The notes below the pieces were generated by a model. It was not told the origin of the DNA and ran no database searches. It saw only the letters and a list, made by a program, of their open reading frames with translations. Shown here piece by piece: positions 37,297 through 47,130 of a stretch of 64,000 nucleotides of DNA. Each line of letters opens with the position of its first letter. Within the stretch, counting starts at the first letter, position 1. The translations under genes were made by a program, and so were the position numbers. The DNA is from Chloroflexota bacterium (GTDB lineage: Bacteria > Chloroflexota > Limnocylindria > Limnocylindrales > CSP1-4): NCBI GenBank assembly GCA_003169735.1, contig PNAP01000025.1:179-64178 (forward strand), given 5' to 3'.

Positions 37297-39737
37297 GAGA
37301 TCACCGCTTCGACCGACACCGATGTCGTTCCCGGGCTCGGCAGGGCGATGGTCTGGCCCGCGACCGGCCGGCCATCGACGATGAGCGAGACGGCGTTGCC
37401 GGGGCCTTCCCGGCGCACGGCGATCTCGTAGTCCGCTCCCCGAAAGCGCCGGTGCGCCCGGAAGCCCGACCAGTCGGCCGGCATGACCGGTGCGATCCGC
37501 AGGCCGTCATGGGTCGGCGCGATGCCCAGGATCCACTGCGTGATGGCGACGTAGTTCCAAGCTGCGGTCCCGGTCAGCCACGAATTCTTGGCCTCGCCGT
37601 GCGTCGGCGCGTCCCGGCCGGCGATCATCTGGGCGTAGACGTACGGCTCGCAGCGATGGATCTCGGAGATCGTCTCGCGTGCTGATGGGTTGATGCGCAG
37701 GTAGTAGTCGAGCGCGCCGGCGCCGTTGCCGACGATCGCCTCGGCGATCATGACCCACGGATTGGTGTGGCAGAAGATCCCGGCGTTCTCCTTGTAGCCC
37801 GGCGGATAGGTCGAGATCTCGCCGAGCTCGAGGTAGTAATGCGAGAACGCCGGCTGCTGGAGCACGATGCCGTGGGCCGTCGCCAGCCGTTCGCGCACCG
37901 AGGCGAGTGCCTCGGTCGCCCGCCCATCGGCGACCCCGAGACCGGCCAGGATGCACATGCCCTGGGGCTCGATGAAGATCTGGCCCTCGGCGTTGGCGGC
38001 CGAGCCGATCACGTGGCCGAAGTGGTCGTACGCGCGCCGGAACCAGGCACCGTCCCAGCCGTGGGCGTCGACGGCAGCCGTCATGCGCTCCGCCGACGAT
38101 CGGCAGCGCTCCGTTTCCGCATCGTCGCCGCGCAGCCCGGCAAGGGCTGCCATCTCGTTCGCAGCAAGCACGAAGAGCCCGGCGATGAAGACTGACTCGG
38201 CCACCCCGCCTTCGCGATTCTCGGTCGTCTGGAATGACTCGCCGGGCGTCTCGGAGAAGCAGTTCAGGTTGAGGCAGTCGTTCCAGTCGGCACGGCCGAT
38301 GAGCGGCAGGCCGTGCGGCCCGAGTCGGTCGATGGTGTATCCGATGGAGCGCTGGAGATGGTCGTACAGCGGGCGCTCCGACCCAGCGGAGTTGTCGTAC
38401 GGGACCGGTTCGTCGAGGATGCCCGCATCGCCGGTCTCCTTGACGTACGCCGCGACGCCTAGAACGAGCCACGCCGGGTCGTCGTTGAAGCCCGATCCGA
38501 CCGCATCGTTGCCGCGCTTGGTCAGCGGCTGGTACTGGTGATAGGCGCCACCGGTGGGCAGCTGCGTCGACGCGATGTCCAGGATCCGCTGGCGCGCCCG
38601 CCCCGGGACCATGTGCACGAACCCCAGCAGGTCCTGGTTCGAGTCGCGGAATCCCATCCCTCGACCGATGCCCGATTCGAACATCGAGGCCGAGCGCGAC
38701 AGGTTGAACGTGACCATGCACTGGTAGGCGTTCCAGATGTTGACCATCCGGTCGACATGCTCGTTGCCCGTCTCGACGTGGAGGACACCGAGCCGCTCGG
38801 TCCAGCGGGCGCGCAACTCGTCGAAGGAGCGCGCCACGACGGCAGGGTCGAGGTACCGCTCGATGACCGGCCGAACGCGCCGCTTGTCGATGGTCTGCGT
38901 GCCGGGCGGATCGAACTTGGCGTCGCGCGGATTCTCGGCATAGCCGAGCACGAAGATGACCTCGCGGGTCTCGCCGGGCGCGAGCTCGAGACGCACGTGG
39001 TGCGATCCCATCGGCTGCCAGCCGTGCGCCACCGAGCCGGTCGCTGCGCCGCGTTCCACGACCAGCGGCCGGTCCCAGCCGCGGTACGGGCCGAGGAAGG
39101 CATCGCGCTGCGTGTCGAAGCCGGCCAGCGGCTCGGAGCAGGCGAAGTAGGCGAAATGGTCGCGCCGTTCCCGGTACTCCGTCTTGTGGTAGATGACGCC
39201 GTCCTCGACCTCGACCTCGCCGACCGAGTAGTTGCGCTGGAAGTTCGTCGCATCGTCCTGGGCATCCCAGAGGCAGAACTCGAGCGCGCTGAAGAGCGAC
39301 AGACGAGCCGGGGCTGATCGCTCGTTGGTCACGCGCGTGCGCCACACCTCGAGCGTCTCGGAGAGCGGCACGAAGAAGAGCGTCTCAGTGGCGATTCCGG
39401 CAGAACGTGATGCGATGACGGTGTAGCCCAGGCCGTGCCGGCACGAGTAGTCCTCGACGTCGCGCTGGGTGGGCTGCCAGCCGGGGCTCCAGAAGTCCCC
39501 GGTCTCGTCGTCGCGCAGGTAGAGATAGCGCCCGCCCTCATCGAGCGGCGCGTTGTTGTAGCGGTACCGCGTCAACCGCCGGAGTCGGGCGTCGCGGTAG
39601 AAGGAGTAGCCACCGGCCGTGTTGCTGATGATCCCGAAGTAGTCCTCGCTGCCGAGGTAGTTGATCCACGGCAGCGGGGTGTCCGGGCGCGTGATGACGT
39701 ACTCGCGACGGTCGTCATCGAAGTGGCCATAGCGCAC
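37293..39737 (-). CDS. GH94 cellobiose phosphorylase-like enzyme
   Basis: [52 protein letters not shown]. Confidence 0.93.
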   Translation of the reverse strand: MRYGHFDDDRREYVITRPDTPLPWINYLGSEDYFGIISNTAGGYSFYRDARLRRLTRYRYNNAPLDEGGRYLYLRDDETGDFWSPGWQPTQRDVEDYSCRHGLGYTVIASRSAGIATETLFFVPLSETLEVWRTRVTNERSAPARLSLFSALEFCLWDAQDDATNFQRNYSVGEVEVEDGVIYHKTEYRERRDHFAYFACSEPLAGFDTQRDAFLGPYRGWDRPLVVERGAATGSVAHGWQPMGSHHVRLELAPGETREVIFVLGYAENPRDAKFDPPGTQTIDKRRVRPVIERYLDPAVVARSFDELRARWTERLGVLHVETGNEHVDRMVNIWNAYQCMVTFNLSRSASMFESGIGRGMGFRDSNQDLLGFVHMVPGRARQRILDIASTQLPTGGAYHQYQPLTKRGNDAVGSGFNDDPAWLVLGVAAYVKETGDAGILDEPVPYDNSAGSERPLYDHLQRSIGYTIDRLGPHGLPLIGRADWNDCLNLNCFSETPGESFQTTENREGGVAESVFIAGLFVLAANEMAALAGLRGDDAETERCRSSAERMTAAVDAHGWDGAWFRRAYDHFGHVIGSAANAEGQIFIEPQGMCILAGLGVADGRATEALASVRERLATAHGIVLQQPAFSHYYLELGEISTYPPGYKENAGIFCHTNPWVMIAEAIVGNGAGALDYYLRINPSARETISEIHRCEPYVYAQMIAGRDAPTHGEAKNSWLTGTAAWNYVAITQWILGIAPTHDGLRIAPVMPADWSGFRAHRRFRGADYEIAVRREGPGNAVSLIVDGRPVAGQTIALPSPGTTSVSVEAVIS

Positions 39738-39791
39738 GGCCCGATGATAGGCTTCCGAGCCTCAGTCGAGACGTGGCACGGAGGGAGGCCG

Positions 39792-40769
39792 ATGACCGAC
39801 GCGCTCCCGAAAATCCCATGGCAGGATCGCCCGGCCGGTTCGAGCGACCTCCTGTGGCGGTCGGATCGCAATCCCATCATCGGGCGGCACCACCTGCCGC
39901 GCTCGAACAGCATCTTCAACTCGGCCGTGGTGCCGTTCGGCGATGCGTTTGCCGGCGTCTTCCGCGTCGATGACATGACCCGCACCATGAACCTGCACGC
40001 CGGCCGCAGCCTGGACGGCGTCGAGTGGCAGATCGACCCCGATCCGATCGCGTTCCAACCGGCCGACGCACGTGTGCGCGAGATCCAGGAGACGTTCGTC
40101 CACGCCTATGACCCGCGCGTCACGTGGCTCGAGGATCGCTACTACGTGACGTGGTGCAACGGCTACTTCGGGCCGACCATCGGCGTCGCCTACACGCATG
40201 ACTTCGAGACGTTCACGCAGCTCGACAACGCCTACCTGCCGTTCAACCGCAACGGCGTCCTCTTCCCGCGCCGCATCGGCGATCACTACGCGATGCTCAG
40301 CCGGCCGAGTGACAACGGCCACACGCCCTTCGGGGACATCTTCTATTCGGAGAGCCCGGATCTCACCCACTGGGGCCGGCACCGCCACGTCATGGCGCCG
40401 CTCGATTGGACCTGGCAGGGGACCAAGATCGGCGCCGGCCCGACGCCCATCGAGACGCCACAGGGCTGGCTGCTCATCTATCACGGCGTGCTGACCTCGG
40501 CGAACGGCTTCGTCTACTCGATGGGCGCCGCCCTGCTCGACCTCGACGAGCCCTGGAAGGTCATCGCCCGTGGCAAGGACTACCTCCTCTCGCCACAGGT
40601 GCCATACGAGCAGGTGGGCGACGTTCCCAACGTCGTCTTCCCCTGCGCGGCGCTGCTCGACCGCCCCACCGACCGCATGACCATCTACTACGGCGGCGCC
40701 GACACCGTCGTGTGCATGGCCCACGGCCATCTGTCGGAGATCGTCACTGCGCTCCTGGCTGGGCGCTGA
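39792..40769 (+). CDS. GH130 beta-1,4-mannooligosaccharide phosphorylase
   Basis: [58 protein letters not shown]. Confidence 0.92.
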   Translation: MTDALPKIPWQDRPAGSSDLLWRSDRNPIIGRHHLPRSNSIFNSAVVPFGDAFAGVFRVDDMTRTMNLHAGRSLDGVEWQIDPDPIAFQPADARVREIQETFVHAYDPRVTWLEDRYYVTWCNGYFGPTIGVAYTHDFETFTQLDNAYLPFNRNGVLFPRRIGDHYAMLSRPSDNGHTPFGDIFYSESPDLTHWGRHRHVMAPLDWTWQGTKIGAGPTPIETPQGWLLIYHGVLTSANGFVYSMGAALLDLDEPWKVIARGKDYLLSPQVPYEQVGDVPNVVFPCAALLDRPTDRMTIYYGGADTVVCMAHGHLSEIVTALLAGR

Positions 40770-40773
40770 CGGG

Positions 40774-41154
40774 ATGCCCACGCCGCGAGTCTTCGACCAG
40801 GAAACGCTCGACCTCTTCGACCGGACGATCGAGGTCGACATCGAGACCCGGCCCGGCCCCGATGCCCCCGCACGACGCACGACCATCTGGGTCGTCGTGG
40901 TCGATGGCCGTGCCTACATCCGCTCGTACGTCGGGGCGGCCGCGCGCTGGTATCGCGACGTGCTGGCCCTGCCCGCCGCGGCGCTCATCGTCGGGGAGCG
41001 CCACATCCCCATCCGTGTCGTGCCCGCGGCCGACGCCGCATCGATCGCGGCCTGCTCGCGCGGTCTGATGATCAAGTACGCCAATGACCCTGCGACGCGC
41101 GCCATGGTGCGCGAAGACGTGCTCGCCACGACCCTGCGCCTGGAGCCCGCCTGA
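40774..41154 (+). CDS. DUF2255 family protein
   Basis: TTIWVVVVDGRAYIRSY..ARWY motif. Confidence 0.7.
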   Translation: MPTPRVFDQETLDLFDRTIEVDIETRPGPDAPARRTTIWVVVVDGRAYIRSYVGAAARWYRDVLALPAAALIVGERHIPIRVVPAADAASIAACSRGLMIKYANDPATRAMVREDVLATTLRLEPA

Positions 41155-41255
41155 TCGAGGGGAGCGGCGAGGTCGAGACATCGGTCGCGGGAGGCGCCGC
41201 TGCTGAAGCGGGCCTTGACGCGGCGCGAGCAGCCCAGTCGTTCCGCGCCGACGCG

Positions 41256-42515
41256 ATGGCCACTGCGGCCAGCGCGGACGGCCCAGGAGCATCTCTGCCA
41301 CTCCGCCAGAACCGCGATTTCAAGGTCTTCATGGGCGGCCAGGGCGTGTCCGCCTTCGGCGACGCGGTCACCTTCACGGCGCTGCCATTGCTCGTGGTGC
41401 TGCTGACCGGGTCAGGCGTGGCGATGGGCGTCGTGGGTACGCTCTCGACGATCCCCGATCTGGTCTTCGGGCTGGTCGCGGGAGCGCTGGCCGACCGCTG
41501 GGATCGGCGGCGGATGATGCTCTACTCGGACATCGGTCGGGCGGTGCTGACCGCGATGATCCCCATCTCGTACCTCCTCGGCATCGACACGATGGGCGTC
41601 ATCCTCCTCGTGACGCTGCCCATCAACGCCTTGCGTGTCCTGTTCATGGCGGGGTTCACGGCGGCCGTGCCGGCGCTCGTCGGGCGTGACCAGATCAGTC
41701 GCGCGAGCGGTGTCGTCGAAGCGGTCAGCAGCCTCAGTTTCATCGTCGGGCCGAGCATCGCCGGCGTCCTCGTCAACATCGTCGGCGCCGCTCCCACGCT
41801 GGCCATCGACGCCGTTTCCTTCCTCTTTTCGGCCGGCGCGCTCTGGTTCATCCGTCGTCCGATGAAGGCGCAGCGAGATCCGTTGGCCGCGCCACAGCAC
41901 ATCGTGGCCGACATCGCCGAAGGCCTTCGATTCATCGTGGGCGAACGGACGCTGCGCACGGCCATCGGCTTCTGGGGGTTGGTCAGCGTCGTCGGTGCAC
42001 CGGTCGTGCCGGCCGTCATCTTCTACCTGGTCAAGGACCTCCACCAGCCTGAGGCTGTGGTCGGCCTCGTCCTCTCCGGATACGGCGTCGGTTATCTCGC
42101 CGGTGCGCTGCTCGCCGGCCGCTTCGCGAAGGGCAGGCTCGGACTGATCATGCTCTATTCGAATGCCGCGCAGGGACTTGCCCTCCTGCTGTTCGCGGTC
42201 GGCGGAACGAGCCTCATCGAGTTCGCGGCGGCGGCCGCAGCCGGATTCTTCGGTGCGCTGGTGCTCATCCCGTACGTCACCCTGCGCGCGAGCATCCCTC
42301 CCAACGAGTTGCTGGGCCGGGTCGGCAGCGCGGCGCGGACCCTCTCGTTCGGCCTGAGCCCGGTCGGGCTGCTGGTCGGTGGCGTGCTGCTGGACGCCGT
42401 CGGTGGTGAGGCGACGATGATCGTCATCGGTGCGGTCGGTATCCTCGCCTCGGCCGGATTCGCGCTCGCGCCCGCCATGCGTCACGCCGTCGCCGGCACC
42501 GGCCGCCGCCCGTGA
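41256..42515 (+). CDS. MFS transporter (DHA3/MFS_3-like)
   Basis: GALADRWDRRRMM motif A; about 12 TM; IPPNELLGRV. Confidence 0.9.
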   Translation: MATAASADGPGASLPLRQNRDFKVFMGGQGVSAFGDAVTFTALPLLVVLLTGSGVAMGVVGTLSTIPDLVFGLVAGALADRWDRRRMMLYSDIGRAVLTAMIPISYLLGIDTMGVILLVTLPINALRVLFMAGFTAAVPALVGRDQISRASGVVEAVSSLSFIVGPSIAGVLVNIVGAAPTLAIDAVSFLFSAGALWFIRRPMKAQRDPLAAPQHIVADIAEGLRFIVGERTLRTAIGFWGLVSVVGAPVVPAVIFYLVKDLHQPEAVVGLVLSGYGVGYLAGALLAGRFAKGRLGLIMLYSNAAQGLALLLFAVGGTSLIEFAAAAAAGFFGALVLIPYVTLRASIPPNELLGRVGSAARTLSFGLSPVGLLVGGVLLDAVGGEATMIVIGAVGILASAGFALAPAMRHAVAGTGRRP

Positions 42516-42554
42516 CCGGGCGCGGAATGAGCCTGTGCTAGGCTCCCGGGCACT

Positions 42555-42971
42555 GTGCTGACGCTGCGTGAACTGCCCGGCCTGCCGGACCCGAACCTCC
42601 AGCCCCCGACCATCGCGGATGCTGGTGACCCGTTCACGGACCTGCGTGTCGTGCACGTCCTGGCTCGCCTGCCGCGCGGCGTCCCGGTGCGCGTCCGTGA
42701 CGTGGTCGACCGCCTCAACGCCGAACATGTCGATTGGTCTTTCTCGCGGCCGGTCGTGCTCGCGGCCATCGTCCAGCTTCAGACGAACTGGATGGCCGAC
42801 TATCGCAACACCAGCGGCATCCAGCTCACCGATGGCCGGACCGGCCCCGAGGTGACCATCGAGTCGAGCGCCCGGGTCGATCCCTGGATGATCGCGCAGA
42901 CGACGCGGCTGGCGGCAGCGTGTACCGGGCGTCTCCGTGCCTTCGCGGTCGAAGAGGGAGCTATCCCCTAG
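42555..42971 (+). CDS. Hypothetical protein
   Basis: Coding-like ORF filling the gap; TGcTAGGCT -10 upstream. Confidence 0.6.
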   Translation: MLTLRELPGLPDPNLQPPTIADAGDPFTDLRVVHVLARLPRGVPVRVRDVVDRLNAEHVDWSFSRPVVLAAIVQLQTNWMADYRNTSGIQLTDGRTGPEVTIESSARVDPWMIAQTTRLAAACTGRLRAFAVEEGAIP

Positions 42972-43055
42972 ACCGATCCGGGCGCGGCGGACGCTGGCAG
43001 CGTCGTCGGGGTAGGCTTCTACCACCAAGTCGGTAGGGAAACATGGAGTAAGTCA

Positions 43056-43898
43056 ATGATGAGCGATTACGCGAACGACAACGCCCTGGTCAGCCCGGAG
43101 TGGGCGAAGCAACATCTCTCGGACCCGGCCGTCCGGTTCGTCGAGGTCGATGTGGACACGGCCGCCTACGAGCAGAGCCATCTGCCGGGAGCGGTCGGCT
43201 GGAACTGGACCAGCCAGCTCTCCGACGGCCTCCGCCGTGATATCACGAGCCGCGAGGACCTGTCCGCGCTGCTCAGCACGAGCGGAATCGGGCCGGACAC
43301 GCACGTCGTGCTCTACGGTGACAACAACAACTGGTTCGCCTGCTGGGCGTACTGGCAGTTAAAGCTTCACGGTCTCGAGAACGTGAGCATCCTCAACGGT
43401 GGGCGCCGCTACTGGCTGGACAACGGCCTGCCCGTCACGACGGATGTCCCGTCCTACCCGCCGACGGGGATCGAGCTGCCCGCGGCCGACTTCAAACTGC
43501 GCGCTTTCCGCGACGACATCATCCCGCGGCTCGGCCAGAGCGGCTTCACCCTCGTCGATGTCCGCTCGCCGGCCGAGTACAGCGGCGAGGTCATCGCCCC
43601 TCCCGGCATGACGGAGACGGCCCAGCGCGGTGGCCACATCCCGGGCGCCCAGTCCATCCCGTGGGGACAGGCCGTTCGCGAGGACGGCACGTTCAAGAGC
43701 GCCGATGACCTGCGCACGCTCTACGCGGGCAAGGGCGTCACGCCCGACAAGGACGTCGTCGCCTATTGCCGCATCGGCGAGCGCTCCAGTCTCAGCTGGT
43801 TCGTGCTGCGCGAGCTGCTCGGTTACCCGAACGTCCGCAACTACGACGGCTCGTGGACCGAGTGGGGCTCCATGGTCAACATGCCCATCGAGAAGTAA
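43056..43898 (+). CDS. Two-domain sulfurtransferase (rhodanese, CysA/SseA type)
   Basis: HLPGA, YGDNNNWFA, GHIPGA, YCRIGERS active loop, NYDGSWTEW. Confidence 0.95.
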   Translation: MMSDYANDNALVSPEWAKQHLSDPAVRFVEVDVDTAAYEQSHLPGAVGWNWTSQLSDGLRRDITSREDLSALLSTSGIGPDTHVVLYGDNNNWFACWAYWQLKLHGLENVSILNGGRRYWLDNGLPVTTDVPSYPPTGIELPAADFKLRAFRDDIIPRLGQSGFTLVDVRSPAEYSGEVIAPPGMTETAQRGGHIPGAQSIPWGQAVREDGTFKSADDLRTLYAGKGVTPDKDVVAYCRIGERSSLSWFVLRELLGYPNVRNYDGSWTEWGSMVNMPIEK

Positions 43899-43915
43899 CT
43901 CACCGAGGGCGCGGC

Positions 43916-43950
43916 GAGGCGGTCCGGTCCGAGAGGGTCCGGGCCGCCTC
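43916..43950 (+). terminator. Hairpin after the rhodanese gene (probable terminator)
   Basis: GAGGCGGTCCGG...CCGGGCCGCCTC followed by TTCGATT. Confidence 0.5.
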
Positions 43951-43958
43951 TTCGATTC

Positions 43959-44011
43959 GTGGCGGGTCGCCGCCGAGTGGCGGGTCGCCGCCGAGTGGCG
44001 GGTCGCCGCCG
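43959..44011. repeat. 18-bp tandem repeat x3 (GTGGCGGGTCGCCGCCGA), each unit a mini-hairpin
   Basis: Directly visible; GGCGG-gtcg-CCGCC in each unit. Confidence 0.9.
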
Positions 44012-44025
44012 CGTCACGCGTGTCT

Positions 44026-44143
44026 CCAAATGGGCACCTGAGGGCCATCGTTTCGCCGATTCGACTGGTGTCCTTCCACATGCGCGCCGTGCAACGCATC
44101 TGGCGAGAGGTGGCGGAATCGTGGCTCTGAGATGCCCATCTGG
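44026..44143. repeat. About 120-bp element with ~32-bp imperfect inverted repeats (MITE/REP-like)
   Basis: CCAAATGGGCACCTGAGGGCCATCGTTTCGCC versus reverse complement of the right end, CCAGATGGGCATCTCAGAGCCACGATTCCGCC. Confidence 0.7.
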
Positions 44144-44179
44144 CGGGACGTGGCTGGCCAGCTCCCGGGCCTGAGCGGC

Positions 44180-45304
44180 TCAGCTCCGAGCGTCGACGAC
44201 CTTGTAGATCTCGGCCAGGGTGGCGAACATCGCCGCGTCCTCAGCCCCCCAGACATTGGTCAGGAAGACGAACACGAGGTCCTGGTCGGGATCGATCCAC
44301 AGGCGCGTGCCCGTCGCGCCGCCATGGGTGAACGTGCCCGGGGACGCGGGCACGAACTCCTTGACGGGCGCGCCCCAACCGATGACCGACGGCACGCCGC
44401 CGTCGGTGCGTGGCTTGCCCCAGCCAAGCGCATAGCGCGGATCGCGCGTCGTCCCATCGGCCGCGATCTCGAGGATGCCCGCCGTCTGCTCACGAGTCAT
44501 CTCGGCGATGGCCGCGGCCGAAAGGATGCCGTTGCCCCCGCCTGTCCTGCGCGGCAGGAGCGCCTGCCCGAAGCGCAACAGGTCATCGGCCGTGCCCCAC
44601 AGCCCGCCACCCGGGACGGCGGCACGCGCCAGGAAGCGCAGCAGCAGCTCCCGAAGGATGCGGTTGCCGAGCGGGATGCCCTCCACGACGACGATGCGCG
44701 ACCGGTCGTGGCGCGGGTCGAAGGAGGTGTCGGGCATGCCGATCGGGTCGAGCAGCAGCGAGCGCAACGCCGCCGGGAACGGCCGAGCCTCGAGGCGGGC
44801 CATGGTTTCGGCCAGGAGATAGAAGCTCCCCGAGCAGTACTCGTAGCGCGAGCCGGGCTCCCATTTGAGCGGCGTCCGGCAGACCAGGTCCAGCATCCGC
44901 GCCGCCGACGGCCGCTCGCGCCGGATGACGTCCCAGTCCTGGTCGGGGATGCCCGACGTGTGGGTCAGCACGTGCCACGCCGTGACCTTCTCCTTGCCCG
45001 GGCCGGTGAAGGCGGGTACGTATGTCGCGATCGGCGCGTGGAGGTCGACCCGGCCGGCATCCACGAGGCGCATGAACGCGGTGGCGACGACGGGCTTGGT
45101 CACCGACGCCAGGAAGAACAGCCCGTCCGGCCGAAGCTTCGGCGTCTTGGGGCCGGCGATGGTCTCGACCACAAGGACGCCCGACGAATCGGCCACACCG
45201 ACGACGACGCCGGGCAGCGCGCCCTCACGCACCGCCGTCCGTGCGGGCTCGAGCGCTCCATCGATGGCAGAGAGGTCGACGCGCTGAGGCGCGGTCATCG
45301 TCAC
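44180..45304 (-). CDS. Serine hydrolase, beta-lactamase-like family
   Basis: LASVTK (SxxK), LTHTSG, YEYCS, PGGGL, HGGATGT; start GTG 45304 or ATG 45298. Confidence 0.9.
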   Translation of the reverse strand: MTMTAPQRVDLSAIDGALEPARTAVREGALPGVVVGVADSSGVLVVETIAGPKTPKLRPDGLFFLASVTKPVVATAFMRLVDAGRVDLHAPIATYVPAFTGPGKEKVTAWHVLTHTSGIPDQDWDVIRRERPSAARMLDLVCRTPLKWEPGSRYEYCSGSFYLLAETMARLEARPFPAALRSLLLDPIGMPDTSFDPRHDRSRIVVVEGIPLGNRILRELLLRFLARAAVPGGGLWGTADDLLRFGQALLPRRTGGGNGILSAAAIAEMTREQTAGILEIAADGTTRDPRYALGWGKPRTDGGVPSVIGWGAPVKEFVPASPGTFTHGGATGTRLWIDPDQDLVFVFLTNVWGAEDAAMFATLAEIYKVVDARS

Positions 45305-45344
45305 TGGGTCACAGCCTCCGTCCGGCCGACCGATGATAGGCGCC

Positions 45345-45752
45345 ATGACGCGCGACCAGCTGGAACGCGAGACCCGCCGCCTCATCGACGAAGGCGAACG
45401 GCTCATCGACGCCCCGACGATGCCCGATCTCCGGGCCTGGATCCAGCGCTCGGACGATCTCCTCATCGCCGCGTGGGGCCAGATGGATCGGTACCACCTC
45501 GCCTGGCTGATGGTCGGCCGCCCGAAGGATCTCGTGCGCGGCCGCCCGATGACCGCGGCCGAGGAGCGCGCCTATGTCCGCGAGGTGGCCGAGCAAAAGA
45601 CAGCCGCGCTGCGGATGAGCCTCAAGGCCGTCACCGACGGCATGCCCTTCCTTGGCGCGGAGGTCGACGCGGCTACGCGATCAGATCCGGCGGATCTGGT
45701 CGATGGGCAGGACGAAGATGGTGGCGCCGCCGTGGGTGACCTCGGCCGGTAG
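45345..45752 (+). CDS. Hypothetical protein
   Basis: Helical coding-like ORF (AWGQMDRYHLAWL); 3' end overlaps darA. Confidence 0.65.
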   Translation: MTRDQLERETRRLIDEGERLIDAPTMPDLRAWIQRSDDLLIAAWGQMDRYHLAWLMVGRPKDLVRGRPMTAAEERAYVREVAEQKTAALRMSLKAVTDGMPFLGAEVDAATRSDPADLVDGQDEDGGAAVGDLGR

Positions 45753-46004
45753 CCAGGGCGCATCAAGGCCGCCGGTCACGTCGACCGGCACCTGCTCGGT
45801 GCGCGTTCGGCAGTTCGCCTCGAGGATGCCCATCGCCTTGGCCACCTGTTCGTCCTCCAGGCCGAGCATCAGCGTGACGTTGCGTGCTCGCAGGAACCCG
45901 CCCTGCGACCCCAGTTCCGTGACCCGCAACCCGCTCGCCTGGAAGGCGTTGACGACGCGCCGCGAATCGTCGCGATGGACGATGGCGATGATCAGCTTCG
46001 ACAT
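45681..46004 (-). CDS. darA: Cyclic-di-AMP receptor, PII-like (DarA/PstA)
   Basis: KLIIAIVH.DD, T.LGSQGGFLR..N.TL, C..R, GGATIFV. Confidence 0.88.
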   Translation of the reverse strand: MSKLIIAIVHRDDSRRVVNAFQASGLRVTELGSQGGFLRARNVTLMLGLEDEQVAKAMGILEANCRTRTEQVPVDVTGGLDAPWLPAEVTHGGATIFVLPIDQIRRI

Positions 46005-46015
46005 TCCGCGCAAGC

Positions 46016-46573
46016 CTACCGACGGGCCGCGCGCCAGGCAAGGACGATGAGCAGGACGATCGACAGGTAGTCGAAGCCCGATAGCTGCGGTGTCAGCCAG
46101 TCGAGGAACGGTTGCGCGTCGAGGCGTTGCTGGAACGTCAGGTCGGAGGCGGGCAGGAGCAGCTTCGCGAGCAGATACGCAAGGTAGCTGCCGGCCAGCC
46201 AGCTCACGGCGCCGAGAACGGCCGCGAGCGCGCTCACCGAACGTGCTGGCACGTGGCCGTGGCCGGACCAGGCGCCCCATCCGACGGTGGCACCGATGAA
46301 CAAGCCGCCGACGGCCGCGACCACCAGTAGCCCGACCTCGATGTCGACGATCGATGCCACGGCCCCCCAGGCAGCGGCCGTCCCGAAGGCGGCAAGGAGG
46401 CCGAACAGGAACGCCAGAAGCCTGTTCGCGGTGGCCGGCGGGGCCATCGAGGCGCTCGTGGCCGGATCCCGGTAACGCTCGCCGGGCGCTCGATCGAGCG
46501 GTGGAGTCGGCGCCCCGCCGGGCCGGCCGACCTCGCCTGGCATCGACCCTCCAGCCTGCGTCCGCTCGGTCAT
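46016..46573 (-). CDS. Hypothetical membrane protein
   Basis: Four hydrophobic segments after a P/G-rich N-terminus. Confidence 0.7.
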   Translation of the reverse strand: MTERTQAGGSMPGEVGRPGGAPTPPLDRAPGERYRDPATSASMAPPATANRLLAFLFGLLAAFGTAAAWGAVASIVDIEVGLLVVAAVGGLFIGATVGWGAWSGHGHVPARSVSALAAVLGAVSWLAGSYLAYLLAKLLLPASDLTFQQRLDAQPFLDWLTPQLSGFDYLSIVLLIVLAWRAARR

Positions 46574-46594
46574 CAGCCGTTAGACTACCCGCCG

Positions 46595-47098
46595 ATGGTC
46601 CATCCCAGCCTGGGGCTACCCCCGTCCGATGCCACCGCCGGATCACCCGCCGCCGCGGCACGGCTGCGTGGCTCGCGCGAACGGTTGGCGCAGGTGGCGC
46701 TGGAAGCCTCCGTGCGGCTGGCGCCGTACTTCGCCGAGCGCTACTCCGACCTTGAGATGCGGCGGTTCCTGCGCGACCTCGACCGCCACATCGAGCAGCT
46801 GGCGCGGGCCCTCGAGACCGGCGAAGACGGCTACGTGACCGACTATGGGGAGTGGCTCGTGCCCGTCTACCGGCGGCGCCACGTGCCGATGAAGGACTTC
46901 ATCGTGATGCTCGGCGGGCTGCGCGATGCCGCCCTGGCCGTCCTCCCTTCCGATGAGGCACGGCTCACGCGGGCGCTGATCGAGCGCTGGGCGGCGCGCC
47001 TGAAGCATCACGGCCGCCTGGCCGGCGATCACAAGGGCAACCCAGTCGTCCGATTCTTCTGGAAGGCCGCCGGCATCGGCGACGACTCGGTCGTCTGA
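46595..47098 (+). CDS. Phycobiliprotein/globin-fold-like hypothetical protein
   Basis: FLRDLD-x12-GE-x14-Y-x4-VP matches allophycocyanin core spacing; TAGACT 8 nt before ATG. Confidence 0.6.
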   Translation: MVHPSLGLPPSDATAGSPAAAARLRGSRERLAQVALEASVRLAPYFAERYSDLEMRRFLRDLDRHIEQLARALETGEDGYVTDYGEWLVPVYRRRHVPMKDFIVMLGGLRDAALAVLPSDEARLTRALIERWAARLKHHGRLAGDHKGNPVVRFFWKAAGIGDDSVV

Positions 47099-47130
47099 CG
47101 CTGTGACGACCCGCAGATGACTACCAGCCG

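Noticed and set aside
44180..45304. Antibiotic-resistance beta-lactamase
   Set aside because: No signal peptide; motifs fit the broad esterase-like serine hydrolase family
45301..45312. Three-codon uORF GTG-ACC-CAG-TGA before the serine hydrolase
   Set aside because: GGAGG is only 2 nt from it and is better spaced for the GTG at 45304
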